Origin: an uncultured delta proteobacterium
Lineage (GTDB): Bacteria > Desulfobacterota > Binatia > UBA9968
DNA: 64,000 nt
Reading direction: 5' to 3'
Assembly: GCA_963804165.1 (NCBI GenBank)
Contig: CAWDPO010000013.1
Location: 46,976 to 110,975 of the forward strand
Below are positions 1 to 10,933 of this stretch, piece by piece (the first letter of the stretch is position 1; each line of letters opens with the position of its first letter). The translations under genes and the position numbers were made by a program. The notes beneath the pieces are model-generated. The model saw only the letters and a list, made by a program, of their open reading frames with translations. It had not been told where the DNA came from and made no database searches.

Positions 1-536
1 TCTTGCCAACGGCTCGGGTTACGGCTTAAGTCCCGGGCTAAAAAAATTGTGAGTCTCTTCATCACCAAGGGTACGCACTTCAGACTTTTGGATAGCACCA
101 GGCTATGGAAATTGTCAATTCAATCCGCCTGCGTTTACCCGCACGGATGAAACTGAATCGGATCAGTTCTTGAATAATGTTTGGCAGTTGAACGGTCAGG
201 TGCGGTGAGGATCGATCTTACTACTCGTCTTGTGTCGGCGCGGTCATATTCATAGCGAAATTGGTAGTGGCGGCCGTCTGGCAATTTGATCAAATCGAAT
301 GCGGCACCGATTACCGCATGGCAATTCTTTATTTCCGACCTTATGATGCTTTAGAACTTGTTTATTCATAGATTGTTTGTTCTGCGAACAAGCAGGGTGT
401 GACTCAATTGATGTCGAGAAGGGTACAGAAGAAATGGCGATTCATCCGCTTGCGGGAAAGGCTGCAACCCGGCATATATTGCAAGCAGTGTTTACATTTG
501 TCGGAGCGTAAGACCAACGATGAGTGATCGGCCAAG

Positions 537-1709
537 ATGCAATCAAAAGGAGCCACCGTGCTAAACGCAGCTAGGAAATGGCTAACCTTGATAAGCTCAC
601 TTGTGTGCTGGATCTCAGTGTCATCCGTGCAAATTTCCAACGCCGCCGACTCGCGGCCGGCGTGGCAATTTGAATGGGACAAGACGGTCAAAGCGGCGGA
701 GGAGGAAGGCGCGTTGGTCATTTACATGACCCAAGCCTTCGAACCGGTATTTCGCGACGCCTTTCAGAAAAAATTTCCCAAAATCAAGGTGACCATGGCG
801 ACGGGAAGAGGGCCTGAGTTGAGCCAGCGGGTCATGAGCGAGCGACGGGCGGATAAGTTTGCCGTGGATCTATATATCTCCGGCAATATATCGCCCCTGA
901 CGGTTTTTCACCGGGCAAAGATTTTGGAACCAGTCAAACCTTTGTTGCTGTTGCCGGAAGTTCTGGACACGTCCGCCTGGTACGAAGGCAAACATCATTA
1001 CGACGACCCGGAGAATCGCTATATCTTTGTTTTCGAGGGCACGCCGCGGAGCGGCGAGATCACTTACAACACCAAGGCGGTAAATCAGGCGGAGATCAAA
1101 TCCTATTGGGATTTGCTCAGTACGAAATGGAAGGGAAAGATCGTTTCGGTCGACCCGCTCGTTTCGGGTCCGATCAGCGCGGCGCATATCTTTTTCTACA
1201 AGCAGCCTGATCTCGGCGCGGAATTTTTGCGCCGGCTGCACGCCGAGACGGATATTGCCATCGTGCGCTCAAACGAGCAGATGCTCGATTGGCTGAGCGC
1301 GGGAAAATTCGCGTTCGGTATCGGCGCGCGGGACGTCGACACCGCGATGATGCAGGGGCTGCCACTCATGCAATTCTCGCCGGGGTCGCTTAAGGAAGGA
1401 TCTTCGGTCACGGCGTACAACGGCACGTTAAGCTTTTTCAATCGCGCGCCCCATCCCAACGCAGCGAAAGTTGCCGCCAACTGGCTTTTGTCTCGCGAGG
1501 GACAAACAGCATGGCTAGATTCCAACCAACGAACCGGCGGCCTCTACGATTCATTGCGAGAGGATATTTCGAAAGAGAAAGTGAGCGAACGCGCGCGGCG
1601 CGTCAAAGGAGCCAAATTTCTCTGGTTAAATCCCGCCTGGATCGACGAGCTGGATGCGATCCGCGATGTCATCAAGAAGGCTTTGGCGAGCGCCGGCAAG
1701 GGAAAATGA
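537..1709 (+). CDS. ABC transporter extracellular solute-binding protein (AfuA/Fe3+-thiamine-like family)
   Basis: 390 aa ORF with signal peptide, 'AAEEEGALVIY', 'YNTK', 'SYWDLL..KWKGKI' and 'APHPNAAKVAANWLLSREGQ', typical of this SBP family. Confidence 0.85.
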   Translation: MQSKGATVLNAARKWLTLISSLVCWISVSSVQISNAADSRPAWQFEWDKTVKAAEEEGALVIYMTQAFEPVFRDAFQKKFPKIKVTMATGRGPELSQRVMSERRADKFAVDLYISGNISPLTVFHRAKILEPVKPLLLLPEVLDTSAWYEGKHHYDDPENRYIFVFEGTPRSGEITYNTKAVNQAEIKSYWDLLSTKWKGKIVSVDPLVSGPISAAHIFFYKQPDLGAEFLRRLHAETDIAIVRSNEQMLDWLSAGKFAFGIGARDVDTAMMQGLPLMQFSPGSLKEGSSVTAYNGTLSFFNRAPHPNAAKVAANWLLSREGQTAWLDSNQRTGGLYDSLREDISKEKVSERARRVKGAKFLWLNPAWIDELDAIRDVIKKALASAGKGK

Positions 1710-1854
1710 CGAAGAAAAGAATTGGAGTATTCGGGTACAGTAGTAATGGGCATAAAAGGCGGCGCCGCGCGATCGTCGAACCTGTCGATGCGCTCCGATC
1801 GCCGCGCCGCCTTTCTATGGCGTCAGGGTTGCTGGAAAATCCGCGTGCTCAATT

Positions 1855-2733
1855 TTATTCGGAAACGTCGATCAGGTTTCCTTCCGGGTCCGGCAGTTGA
1901 TGTTTGCCGTAGCGGCAGGTCTGCAGCAGGCCAAGCACGACATTGTATTCGGATTCGAGATTGGGCGATTTCGGTGCGAGCCATTCCGGGTCGGCCTTGG
2001 TCAAAAGCTCCACGTCGTTTTTGAACGTTTCTAAATTCTCCACTTTGAATCCGATATGATCCATCCCCGGCCCTTTGTGTTCGGTGCCGTAGTAGTCTTT
2101 GATCTTCCACGGCGCCAGAACCAATGTCACTACACCGTCGGTTAAATAAAAATTGGGATCTTCGAGCGCCTTCTCTTCTTCCTTGAACTGATAAACATCG
2201 ATATAAAACTGCGCCAAGGCTTCCGGATTCATGGCGCGGACGGTGATGTGCTTGATGGAGCGCGCATGCCTTTGACCGGGGTCGAGCCAGACGCCTCGCA
2301 CTTCTTTCTTGCCCGGCTGCATGAGATCGAAGATGTTTCCTTCGGGATCATGCGTGCTGTAGTCAGCGAAGGGCCGATTCGACGGCCGCTTCACGACGTC
2401 GACGACGGGATATTTTTCTTTGATGCGGGCGAACGTACCATCGAGCTCGTCGACTTCGATGCCGAAGTGATCGAGGCCGCCGTTGTAACCAGGGCGGCGC
2501 CGATTGAATGCCACACCGATATTGCCGTCGCTGGCGATGATCGTGCGATCGAACGGCGTGGCGACACGCTTTGAGCCGAGCATCGGATAGCCGAACGCGC
2601 GCGCTTGTTCGGCTTCGGCAGCCGGCGAAGACTCCGACGCCGCCCGGCGAAAATCGAACAGACACTCATAGAATTTAAATAGCCGCGGCGCGTTCTGGCT
2701 CATGATGCCGACGTGTTTAATCTTCGATGCCAT
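1855..2733 (-). CDS. two-domain VOC/glyoxalase family protein
   Basis: Internal duplication with KHVGI/KHITV, DHFGI/DHIGF and DPEGN motifs; GGAGG RBS upstream. Confidence 0.85.
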   Translation of the reverse strand: MASKIKHVGIMSQNAPRLFKFYECLFDFRRAASESSPAAEAEQARAFGYPMLGSKRVATPFDRTIIASDGNIGVAFNRRRPGYNGGLDHFGIEVDELDGTFARIKEKYPVVDVVKRPSNRPFADYSTHDPEGNIFDLMQPGKKEVRGVWLDPGQRHARSIKHITVRAMNPEALAQFYIDVYQFKEEEKALEDPNFYLTDGVVTLVLAPWKIKDYYGTEHKGPGMDHIGFKVENLETFKNDVELLTKADPEWLAPKSPNLESEYNVVLGLLQTCRYGKHQLPDPEGNLIDVSE

Positions 2734-2758
2734 TGCAAACCTCCATTATTTGACGGAA

Positions 2759-3778
2759 TTACTTCCGCAGTTTTTCTGCCGCTAATTTTTTGAAAAATCC
2801 TTCCTGGTCAAGCTCGTCCATGGCGCTCTCGTCGAGAAAACGATTGAGCGCGAGATCTGCTTTAGGGTGAGCTGATTCCTTTTGCACGATTTCCAACACG
2901 TTCTGCAAGCCTCTCCGGCCGGTGCGCGGCGGATAGGAGAACACACTATGATATGCGTCGTAACTCTCCTCGGCGACTTTGCGGTCGACTCTCATGCGCT
3001 TCATCAGGATGGCAACCACTTTTTCGCGCAGCTCCGACTCCGCTCGGAGCCGCTGGGTCGCCTCGCTGATCGCGCGCAGAAAGCGCTTGGCGTTGTCCCG
3101 CTCCTTTTGTAGATACAATCGCTCCATGATGATCGTGCGATCGGGAAACTCTTTGACGAGCTCGGCAATGTTGGCAAATACGGTCATTCCCCTCTTGGTC
3201 GCCATACCGACGCTACTATTCGGAATGACCGTTGCATCGATGCGGCCGCCTTCCATTGCCACCAGCCGCGACAGATTATTTCCCGAGGGCACCAGTTGGA
3301 CCGAATCCGGCGACATGTCCCACGCTTTCAATGCCGTGAGCACACTGAACTGATTAGCGCCGCCGAAATTGGCGATGCCAATTTTTTTGCCTTTCAACTC
3401 GGCCGGAGTGCGAATTTCTTTGCGAGCGATGAAGCTGTAGAGATTCTTGTTAAGAAATGTTGCCGTAATCGCCAGATCGGCGCCCGACGCGATCGCGCGT
3501 ACCGGTGCCATGGCGGCAACGTTGGCGGAATGGATGCTTCGCCCAACGAGCGCCTGGAGCAAAGTCGAGCCGCCGGTGATGACCAGCAGCTGGACGTCCA
3601 AACCGTATTTTTCAAAGAGGCCGAAATCCTTGGCCACGAAGATCGGCAACTGCTGCGCGCTGGTGGCGCCGGCGCTGGCGTGAATGTGACGTTCGAGGGC
3701 GAGAGCCGGCGCCCGAGCTACGATGAGGATCAAAAGAACAAATAAAAAAATTCTCCGCATAGTTTCGCGTATCGCCAT
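2759..3778 (-). CDS. SsuA/THI5(NMT1)-like ABC substrate-binding protein
   Basis: Signal peptide, 'GLFEKYGLDVQL' and 'ELKGKKIGI' motifs. Confidence 0.85.
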   Translation of the reverse strand: MAIRETMRRIFLFVLLILIVARAPALALERHIHASAGATSAQQLPIFVAKDFGLFEKYGLDVQLLVITGGSTLLQALVGRSIHSANVAAMAPVRAIASGADLAITATFLNKNLYSFIARKEIRTPAELKGKKIGIANFGGANQFSVLTALKAWDMSPDSVQLVPSGNNLSRLVAMEGGRIDATVIPNSSVGMATKRGMTVFANIAELVKEFPDRTIIMERLYLQKERDNAKRFLRAISEATQRLRAESELREKVVAILMKRMRVDRKVAEESYDAYHSVFSYPPRTGRRGLQNVLEIVQKESAHPKADLALNRFLDESAMDELDQEGFFKKLAAEKLRK

Positions 3779-4014
3779 GACCTTTTTTTGTCAAGCATTG
3801 CTTTACGTCACGGCGGTTTGCCGGACTTGCAGAGGGAACCCTCTCGGCTGTAAATTCACGCCACGATGCTTCCCAGGAGACGGTTTGGCAAAAAATGGTA
3901 GCGCGGTATGGTGCCGGAGGAGCGTGGTCGCCGACAGACGGTGCCGATCAATACCGTCGTGCCCGAGGTAAAGACTCATAATGCCTCTCTATGGCAATTC
4001 CGACGAGGTCTACC

Positions 4015-5010
4015 ATGGCGTATAGATTCCAAGCCAAATTGCTGGTGGTTTTTGCTCTGGCCGTTGCCGTCATAGGGGGATACTCCGCAGAAGCACAGAG
4101 AGTTCCCGCGGGATATAGCATCTACTCGGTGTTGACCGCGCCACTTTGGGTCACGAAGGAAGCGGGCCACTTTGATAAGAACGGACTGGGTGTGGACCTG
4201 ATCTACCTTAGCGGCGGCACGATGGCCGCCCAGGCTTTGAGCTCGGGGGATATTCCTTTCACCTTGACGGGAGGAAGCTCGATTATTTCTTCCAATCTCG
4301 CCGGTTCGGGAAGCATGATCCTGCTGGGAATTGAAAATGCCATTCTTTTTAAGCTCGTCACTGTAAAAGATATCAAGTCGCCCGAGCAGCTGCGGGGAAA
4401 AAGATTAGCGGTTGCCTCCCTGAGCGGATCCACTTATCAAGCCACGGTGCTGGCTCTTGCCCATTTCGGGATCAAGCCCAACGAAGTCACTTTCATGTCC
4501 ATCGCCAGCGCGCCGACGAGGCTTGCGGCGTTAAACTCCGGCACCGTTCACGGCACCGTGGTGTTGCCGCCCGACACCATCGTGGCGCGCAGGATGGGTA
4601 TGAATTTTCTGCTTGATCTCGGATCCCTCGGCATTGAATTCCAGAACGCAAGCATCTCCGCGGGAAGACAGGTTCTTGAAAACAAGCCGGAGATCGCCCG
4701 GCGGTTCGTCAAGTCGATGGTGGAAGGCGTCCATACTTACAAGACCGACAAAGCTTTTTCCTTCAAGGTGTTGAGAAAGTACTTAAAGACCGATGATCCT
4801 GAGCTGGTTGAGGAAGCCTACAGCTTTTACGCCGATAAGTTGCCGAAGAAGCCTTATCCCACGCTGAAGGGCATTCAGGCGATTCTCGATCAGTTGGCCA
4901 AGACCAACCCCAAGGCCGCAGGCAGCAACCCGGGGCAATTCATCAACGTCCATTCGTTGCGAGAGCTCGACACGAGCGGCTACATCGATCGTCTCTATGC
5001 CAATCCATGA
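4015..5010 (+). CDS. SsuA/THI5(NMT1)-like ABC substrate-binding protein
   Basis: 'GHFDKNGLGVDL', 'QLRGKRLAV', 'PYPTLKGIQ'; ATG at 4015 follows GAGG (alternative start 3991). Confidence 0.85.
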   Translation: MAYRFQAKLLVVFALAVAVIGGYSAEAQRVPAGYSIYSVLTAPLWVTKEAGHFDKNGLGVDLIYLSGGTMAAQALSSGDIPFTLTGGSSIISSNLAGSGSMILLGIENAILFKLVTVKDIKSPEQLRGKRLAVASLSGSTYQATVLALAHFGIKPNEVTFMSIASAPTRLAALNSGTVHGTVVLPPDTIVARRMGMNFLLDLGSLGIEFQNASISAGRQVLENKPEIARRFVKSMVEGVHTYKTDKAFSFKVLRKYLKTDDPELVEEAYSFYADKLPKKPYPTLKGIQAILDQLAKTNPKAAGSNPGQFINVHSLRELDTSGYIDRLYANP

Positions 5011-5206
5011 ACGCGATATTTGGCGCCGTGTGTCCGGCATGGATGGGTAAATAAATAAATGAGACGATGATTGGGTATTCTTTGCGATCGGTCGAGCCCG
5101 CGTTTGCAGTGACGGGCCCGCCCACGTGAAGCCCAATCTCCAGCCGCGTCGGATGAATCGGACGCACCGCACGCAGCATTCATGGAAACGACGCGAGCCG
5201 TTTCGC

Positions 5207-7399
5207 TTAAAGATTTTCCTGCGCTTGTTTGACTTCTCGGCGACGGGAGTGGAGCACCGGTTCGGTGTAGCCGTTGGCTAGGTCACGGCCGTTTAAGACA
5301 AGCTCCAACGCCGCCTGAAAAGCGATGCTTCTGTCATAGTCCGGCGCCATGTTGCGGTAGTTCGGATCGCCGCGGTTTTGCCGGTCGACCACCTGCGCCA
5401 TCCGCCGAAACGTCTCGATGACTTGATCCTTCGCGACGATGCCATACTTGAGCCAGTTGGCGATATGCTGGCTGGAGATTCTGAGCGTCGCCCGATCCTC
5501 CATCAACGCGACATCGTTGATATTCGGAACTTTCGAACAGCCGATTCCCTGATCGACCCAGCGAACGACGTAGCCCAGGATGCCCTGCGCGTTGTTATCG
5601 AGCTCGCGTTGAATCTCCTCTGACGTCACATTACGCTCCAACAATAGCGGCGGCGTAAGAATATGCTCGAGGTCCGCGCGGCCTCGTTTCGCCAGCTCGC
5701 GCTGCCGTTTGGCGACGTCGACGGTGTGATAGTGCAGGGCATGAAGCGTCGCCGCGGTCGGCGACGGCACCCAGGCGGTGTTCGCGCCGGCTTGCGGGTG
5801 CGCGATCTTGATCCTGACCATCTCGCGCATTTCTTCCGGCATGGTCCACATGCCCTTGCCGATCTGTGCTTTGCCGCGAAATCCCGTCTCGATGCCGATG
5901 TCGACGTTCCAATCTTCGTACGCTTTGATCCATGGCTGGGTTTTTATCTCTTCCTTCGGCAACATCGCTCCCAACTCCATGCTGGTATGGATCTCGTCGC
6001 CGGTGCGATCCAAAAAGCCGGTGTTGATGAACACCACGCGATCTTTCGCGGCGCGGATGCATTCCTTGAGATTGACCGTGGTGCGCCGCTCTTCGTCCAT
6101 GATGCCGATCTTGAGAGTTTTCCGCTTGAGTCCGAGTGCGTCCTCGATCCTTGCGAACAGCTCGACGGTGGCCGCAACTTCCTCCGGCCCATGCTGTTTC
6201 GGTTTGACGATATAAATGCTCCCCGTCTTACTGTTACGATATTCTCCCTTGCTCTTCAGATCGTGAATCGCGGCAAGCACCGTGAGCATGCCGTCCAGAA
6301 AACCCTCGGGAATCTCCTCGCCGCTCGTCGTCACTGCGGCGTCGGTGTACATGTGAATGCCGACATTGCGCACCAGTAGCAGGCTTCTGCCGGGCAAGGT
6401 AAGCTTTCTTCCGGTCGGCGTGGTAAAGACTTTGTCCGGATTCAACCTTCGGGTTAGCGGCCGGCCGTTTTTTTCGAATGTGGTTTCTAGGGTTCCTTTC
6501 ATCAGGCCGCACCAATGTCGATAGACCGTCGCCTTGTCGGCGGCGTCCACCGCCGCGACCGCGTCCTCGCAATCTTCGATGGTGGTGATCGCCGCCTCGA
6601 GGACCACATCTTGCACGCCTGCCGGGTGGGCCTTGCCGATGGGATGGTTGCGGTCGAATTGAATCTCGATGCGCGCGCCATTGTTTCCAAGCACGATGTT
6701 CGTCAACTCCCCGGCGTTTTCCCGATAGCCGAGAAACTTTCGTCCGTCGGCTAGACCTGTTGTCTTGCCGTCCTTGAGCATCACAGCGAGTTGTTTCTTA
6801 CGGCCGAAGCGCTTGAGAAAAAATCGGCCGACCTCTGAGTAACTGCCGCGTTTAAGGGCGATGACTTTGTCTAAAAACTCCTCGGTGTAGGCGATGACCT
6901 TGGCGCCGCGTCTGGGATTGTAGTGCTCACCCTTTTCCGCGCCTGCCTCTTCCGGGATCACGTTAGTACCGTAGAGCGCGTCGTAGAGACTTCCCCAGCG
7001 GGCATTGGCGGCGTTCAAGGCGTAGCGGGCGTTGTCGAGCGGCACTACCAGCTGTGCCCCGGCGATGGACGCGATTTCGGCGTCGACGTTGGCCGTGGCG
7101 ATTTTGAATTTTTTCTCTTCGGGGACGAGGTAACCGATCTCGCGCAGAAAGGCAGTGTAATCCGCGCGATTGAACGGCTGGCCGGAGCGGGCCAGGTGCC
7201 ATTCATCGATCTGCTTTTGCAGCCGGTCGCGCTTGGCCAAGAGCGCGCGATTCTTCGGCCCGAGATCCCTCACGATCGTGCCGAGGGATTTCCAAAAACC
7301 GTCGGCCTTTACCCCGGTTCCGGGCGCGATCTCGTCGCGCACCAGACGATAGAGCCGTTCATCGATCCTGAGACCGCCGACCTCCACTCTGTTGGCCAT
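5207..7399 (-). CDS. glcB: malate synthase G
   Basis: '[23 protein letters not shown]', 'GIMDEERRT', '[16 protein letters not shown]', 'GCSKVP', '[13 protein letters not shown]'. Confidence 0.97.
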   Translation of the reverse strand: MANRVEVGGLRIDERLYRLVRDEIAPGTGVKADGFWKSLGTIVRDLGPKNRALLAKRDRLQKQIDEWHLARSGQPFNRADYTAFLREIGYLVPEEKKFKIATANVDAEIASIAGAQLVVPLDNARYALNAANARWGSLYDALYGTNVIPEEAGAEKGEHYNPRRGAKVIAYTEEFLDKVIALKRGSYSEVGRFFLKRFGRKKQLAVMLKDGKTTGLADGRKFLGYRENAGELTNIVLGNNGARIEIQFDRNHPIGKAHPAGVQDVVLEAAITTIEDCEDAVAAVDAADKATVYRHWCGLMKGTLETTFEKNGRPLTRRLNPDKVFTTPTGRKLTLPGRSLLLVRNVGIHMYTDAAVTTSGEEIPEGFLDGMLTVLAAIHDLKSKGEYRNSKTGSIYIVKPKQHGPEEVAATVELFARIEDALGLKRKTLKIGIMDEERRTTVNLKECIRAAKDRVVFINTGFLDRTGDEIHTSMELGAMLPKEEIKTQPWIKAYEDWNVDIGIETGFRGKAQIGKGMWTMPEEMREMVRIKIAHPQAGANTAWVPSPTAATLHALHYHTVDVAKRQRELAKRGRADLEHILTPPLLLERNVTSEEIQRELDNNAQGILGYVVRWVDQGIGCSKVPNINDVALMEDRATLRISSQHIANWLKYGIVAKDQVIETFRRMAQVVDRQNRGDPNYRNMAPDYDRSIAFQAALELVLNGRDLANGYTEPVLHSRRREVKQAQENL

Positions 7400-7636
7400 G
7401 GTCATCTCCGTTTCGTGTGCATCCGAGGCGGGCACAGAAGCTCACGGCGAGACGCAAAACCCTTTAGCGCGCTTCGGATAGTTTTACTCTTGAGCTCTAT
7501 CCCCTTTTTACCAACTCCGTCGGTCGTTAAAAACACCCATACCGCGCCCAACTGCTGCACGGCTCACCAATGCCATACGGCATGGAGTCTCATATCGCGG
7601 CCGCGTTTACCATAGGAAGCCGTCCACCGGCACGAT

Positions 7637-8821
7637 TCAAACCAACTCGACCGTGAGCGGATTGTAGGAGTAGAGCCATCCGTTTCGGTCCGCTCCTTCG
7701 TCCCGGTTGGCAAACGACGCGCGAATTTCATCGACGGTGCGCAGATGAAACAGCGTCCGATTGGCGGTCGATTGATTGACGATCCGCACGGTCCGGTCGA
7801 CGCGGTTACGCTGGTAAAGCTGCAACGCGTCGGCAATCGAATCCGCCTGATCCAGCGCTCGCGTCAGCACTGCGCCGTCCTCGATCGCCATGCAAGCACC
7901 CTGAGCGAGATAAGGCAGCGTGGGATGCACTGCGTCCCCCAAGAGCGCAGCTCGGCGGGTGATCCAGTTCCTGATCGTGGGTCTGTAGTGTAGCGACCAG
8001 CGATAGCATCCCTCCCGATCGGCCGCGTCGATGATCGTCTGAACATCGGCATGCCAACCCGCGAAATCCGCCTTGAACCTTTTCCAGGGAAACTTAGCCG
8101 TCCACGATTCCTCGGAAATTTCATCGGTCTCCACGAGCCCGACGAAGTTGAGCATGGCGCCGGCGCGCAGGTAGTAGGCCACGACATGCCGCCCGGGCCC
8201 CATCCAAACCATCATGACCTGTTCCATGAAATTCCGCGGCAAGCGCTCGATCGGGACCGTGATGCGCCAGGCGGCATCGCCTGTGTAGGTCGCGGGAATA
8301 TTTCCGTTGAGCTGTTGGCAGATGATGGACTTGAGACCGTCCGCGCCAAGCAAAAGGTCGCCCTGGACAATCGTGCCGTCGGCAAGACGGAGCGTAACGC
8401 CGTCGCCGCTCTCTTCGAATCCGATGACTCGGCAGTTCAGTCGAATGGCGTTACGCTTGAGCGCAAGCACCCTCGCGGCGAGCAGAGTGTGAACATCGGC
8501 GCGGTGAACCTGGTAATACGGCGCGCCGTGCATTTTTTCATGCTCATCGGACAGCGCAAATCGGTGAATCTCTTCACCGCTGTCATGGAGCCGGAAGACG
8601 TAGGCCCCTGGTCGAACGCCCACCTCGGCTAACGCCGGTCCAAGCCCAAGATGGTGCAGCACATGGGTCGCGTTGGCGCTTAGCTGGAGGCCGGCTCCGA
8701 TCTCGCTCAGCTCGGATGCCTGCTCGAAGATCGTGACATCATGCCCTGCCTGCAAAAGGCTTGCTCCAGCAGTCAATCCGCCGATCCCGGCTCCGGCAAT
8801 GACGATCCTGTGCCGCGTCAC
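7637..8821 (-). CDS. FAD-dependent monooxygenase (salicylate hydroxylase / 3-hydroxybenzoate 6-hydroxylase-like)
   Basis: GAGIGG Rossmann motif, 'EIGAGLQL', 'GADG', 'LLGDAVHPTLPYLAQGACMAIEDG'. Confidence 0.9.
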   Translation of the reverse strand: MTRHRIVIAGAGIGGLTAGASLLQAGHDVTIFEQASELSEIGAGLQLSANATHVLHHLGLGPALAEVGVRPGAYVFRLHDSGEEIHRFALSDEHEKMHGAPYYQVHRADVHTLLAARVLALKRNAIRLNCRVIGFEESGDGVTLRLADGTIVQGDLLLGADGLKSIICQQLNGNIPATYTGDAAWRITVPIERLPRNFMEQVMMVWMGPGRHVVAYYLRAGAMLNFVGLVETDEISEESWTAKFPWKRFKADFAGWHADVQTIIDAADREGCYRWSLHYRPTIRNWITRRAALLGDAVHPTLPYLAQGACMAIEDGAVLTRALDQADSIADALQLYQRNRVDRTVRIVNQSTANRTLFHLRTVDEIRASFANRDEGADRNGWLYSYNPLTVELV

Positions 8822-8979
8822 TCGGTGCTCCTAGCGATAGTTATTCTTTCCGCCGATGAATTCATTCGCATCGGGTATACAATAACACGCGAGCCCGCCA
8901 CGACTTAAACGCAATCGTTCGGATCGAAGCTCGGTGGTTCGCTGAATGTCTCATATCGGCCGGCACCCGGTGAGCGGCT

Positions 8980-9343
8980 GGCATAACAATCTTTACCGAA
9001 TTCAACGGCGGGCGCCAGCGGTGCAAAGTGTGTTTGGATAGACAGGCGCGACCCAATTACCGGCCCCGGACGAGTGGTGGGTTGGGCGATGAGCCAACGA
9101 ATCGATCAGCGGTTGGTCTTTGGATGCCTCGGCGTGAAATCTCAAATCTCGTTAAATCAAGTGGTTGATTCTAGCCTGCTCCAGAGCGGCGTCGTCAAAG
9201 AGTTAAGCTTGACCAGGTGAAGCGACGCGGATGACACAGAGGATAGCAGATAGCAGAGATGGTAGGCATAACAATTTTACCGAATTTTGCGCCAGGCCCA
9301 GGGTGCAAGGATTGTTTGGATATCCAGCACGACCCCAGCTACG
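8980..9343. repeat. imperfect ~80 bp intergenic direct repeat (copies ~8980-9060 and ~9265-9343)
   Basis: Both copies share GGCATAACAAT..TTACCGAATT ... CCAG.GGTGCAA ... TGTTTGGATA ... CGACCC. Confidence 0.75.
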
Positions 9344-9377
9344 ACCTGCACTTAAATACTGGACGCACCGCATCGCC

Positions 9378-9968
9378 TCATTCATGGAAACGACGCGTGG
9401 CGGCGGCGGCCGCTTCTTTCACTCCGGGCAGAGGGCAGAAATTGTTGGCCTCTATGCCGAAGACCGGATTGAACTTGCTGCGAAAGTTCTCGAGCGCAAT
9501 CACCGCCGCCAACTCTACCAACTCCTCGTCGGTAAAATGTTTCTTGAGACGTTTGAAAAATTTATCCGTGACCCGTTTACCGGTGTAGGTCATGCGCTCG
9601 GCCAGCTCCAGCGCCAGCCGCTCCCGCACGGAAAACAACGGGTTTTTCTTGTAATCTCCCAGCACCGCTTCGACTTTCTCTGCCGTAGCTCCGTTTTGCA
9701 TCGCCCCGGATGCATTGCTGTCGATTCAATACGGGCAACCGTTGATATGAGCAGTCCTGACGCACACCAGGTTGCGTAGCTCCTGCGCTATCAGTCCCGA
9801 TTGCTGAATTCCTTGAGCGAGCGCCTGGACTCCTTTCTGGATGGTCGGCCTGACGGCTGAGACCTGCGCGGCGTTTGACACAAAGCCATGACGTTTTTTC
9901 TGCTCGTCAAAAATTTGCCGCACCTCATCATTGGCGTCACTTTCCGTTACACCTTTGATCCTGGCCAT
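9378..9968 (-). CDS. AhpD/carboxymuconolactone decarboxylase-like selenoprotein (CPYU), 196 aa with Sec readthrough
   Basis: ORFs 9726-9968 and 9378-9701 are in frame and joined by a single TGA at 9728-9726 in 'INGCPY*ID'; hairpin 11 nt downstream. Confidence 0.85.
9697..9714 (-). promoter_or_regulatory. putative bacterial SECIS hairpin
   Basis: TGCATC-CGGGGC-GATGCA begins 11 nt after the in-frame TGA; G-rich loop. Confidence 0.7.
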
Positions 9969-10041
9969 GAATCCTCCTTCTGATTTACTTCACGATGCTG
10001 GAGCCGGCGTTTTCCGTGATGGTCCCTCGCTTTCGCTTAGC

Positions 10042-10749
10042 TTAGGCCGCTCTCTCCATCGCTTGCGCCATGCCGCCGAAATAGACGCGGTGGATGTCCA
10101 TCGAATCCGTCGCCGTCGTCACGACATCCTGCTCCCGTCCCGGCGCGACATATTTTTCCAGAACATCGATGAACATGTCCGAGTGTTTCACGTCGGCCTT
10201 GCTATGCGCGGTGAAGTTCGGCACCTGAGCGGCGGTGAAATTTAGGTCCCGCGACCAAATCTTGTAGAGCCGGCTGCAATTGCCTCCGCCGATGTCGCCC
10301 AACAGCCGATCGTCATTGGTCCACTCGGCGATGGTCGACGCGGCGATGGCTTCCTGCCATGGACGGGTGCGCGCGATCCAGAACCACGCGTACATGGCCG
10401 CCTTGGTGGTGGGCAACGGCGCCGCGTTCATCACATCATCGGCGCTCAAACCGACTTCTTTTCCTTGACGAACGATGAGATCCATATGGCCGACCTTTGA
10501 GTGCTCGTCTTCGACCAGCTCCTCATACTCGTGCGCCAAGATTCGTTGTTTAACTTCGAACTCCGGACAATTGGCCGCCACCTGCGGCCAATTGTTGCGT
10601 CGCTGGCGCGCATAAAGGCCCAGCTGCAAGAGATAAATTCGCGCCCGCTCCGGCGTCATTTTGATCGAGTAGAAATGTTCCATCTCGGGCGTGCGAAAGA
10701 AGTCCCTGACACACTCACCGAGCGCCTGCCGCCATTGTTGTGCTTTCAT
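10042..10749 (-). CDS. TenA/PqqC/CADD-like heme-oxygenase-fold diiron redox protein
   Basis: ATG at 10749 after GGAGG; 'HEYEE...H', 'IAEW', 'FTAHSKADVKHS' give a carboxylate/His ligand pattern; the longer ORF-track N-terminus runs through a palindrome and the upstream gene. Confidence 0.75.
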   Translation of the reverse strand: MKAQQWRQALGECVRDFFRTPEMEHFYSIKMTPERARIYLLQLGLYARQRRNNWPQVAANCPEFEVKQRILAHEYEELVEDEHSKVGHMDLIVRQGKEVGLSADDVMNAAPLPTTKAAMYAWFWIARTRPWQEAIAASTIAEWTNDDRLLGDIGGGNCSRLYKIWSRDLNFTAAQVPNFTAHSKADVKHSDMFIDVLEKYVAPGREQDVVTTATDSMDIHRVYFGGMAQAMERAA

Positions 10750-10810
10750 CGAAATACCTCCTGAGTGTCTTGAATCTAAGTTCTTTAAATAATGTTTTGA
10801 GCTCTTTAGA

Positions 10811-10903
10811 GTCACAGCGGTGAAAGCCGGTATCCAGATCTCTCCGAAATTCCCGGATTCCAGGTCGCCCCAGGCCTTTTGCCGGGGTTGCCCGGAATGA
10901 CGT
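10811..10903. repeat. degenerate REP-like palindromic element
   Basis: GTCACAGCGGTGAAAGCCGGTATCCAG ... GGATTCC ... CCCGGAATGAC, resembling GTCATTCCGGCGAAAGCCGGAATCC-type intergenic repeats. Confidence 0.5.
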
Positions 10904-10933
10904 TTGAATAATGCTGCGAACTTCGTTCCATGA

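Noticed and set aside
1-536. AT-richer leading segment as an IS end or ncRNA
   Set aside because: No terminal inverted repeat pair, transposase fragment or recognisable RNA motif seen
9259-9588. Plus-strand ORF with CKDC as a small metal-binding peptide family with the 8980 repeat copy
   Set aside because: The two copies differ by frame-breaking indels and the ORF runs antisense into the CMD gene
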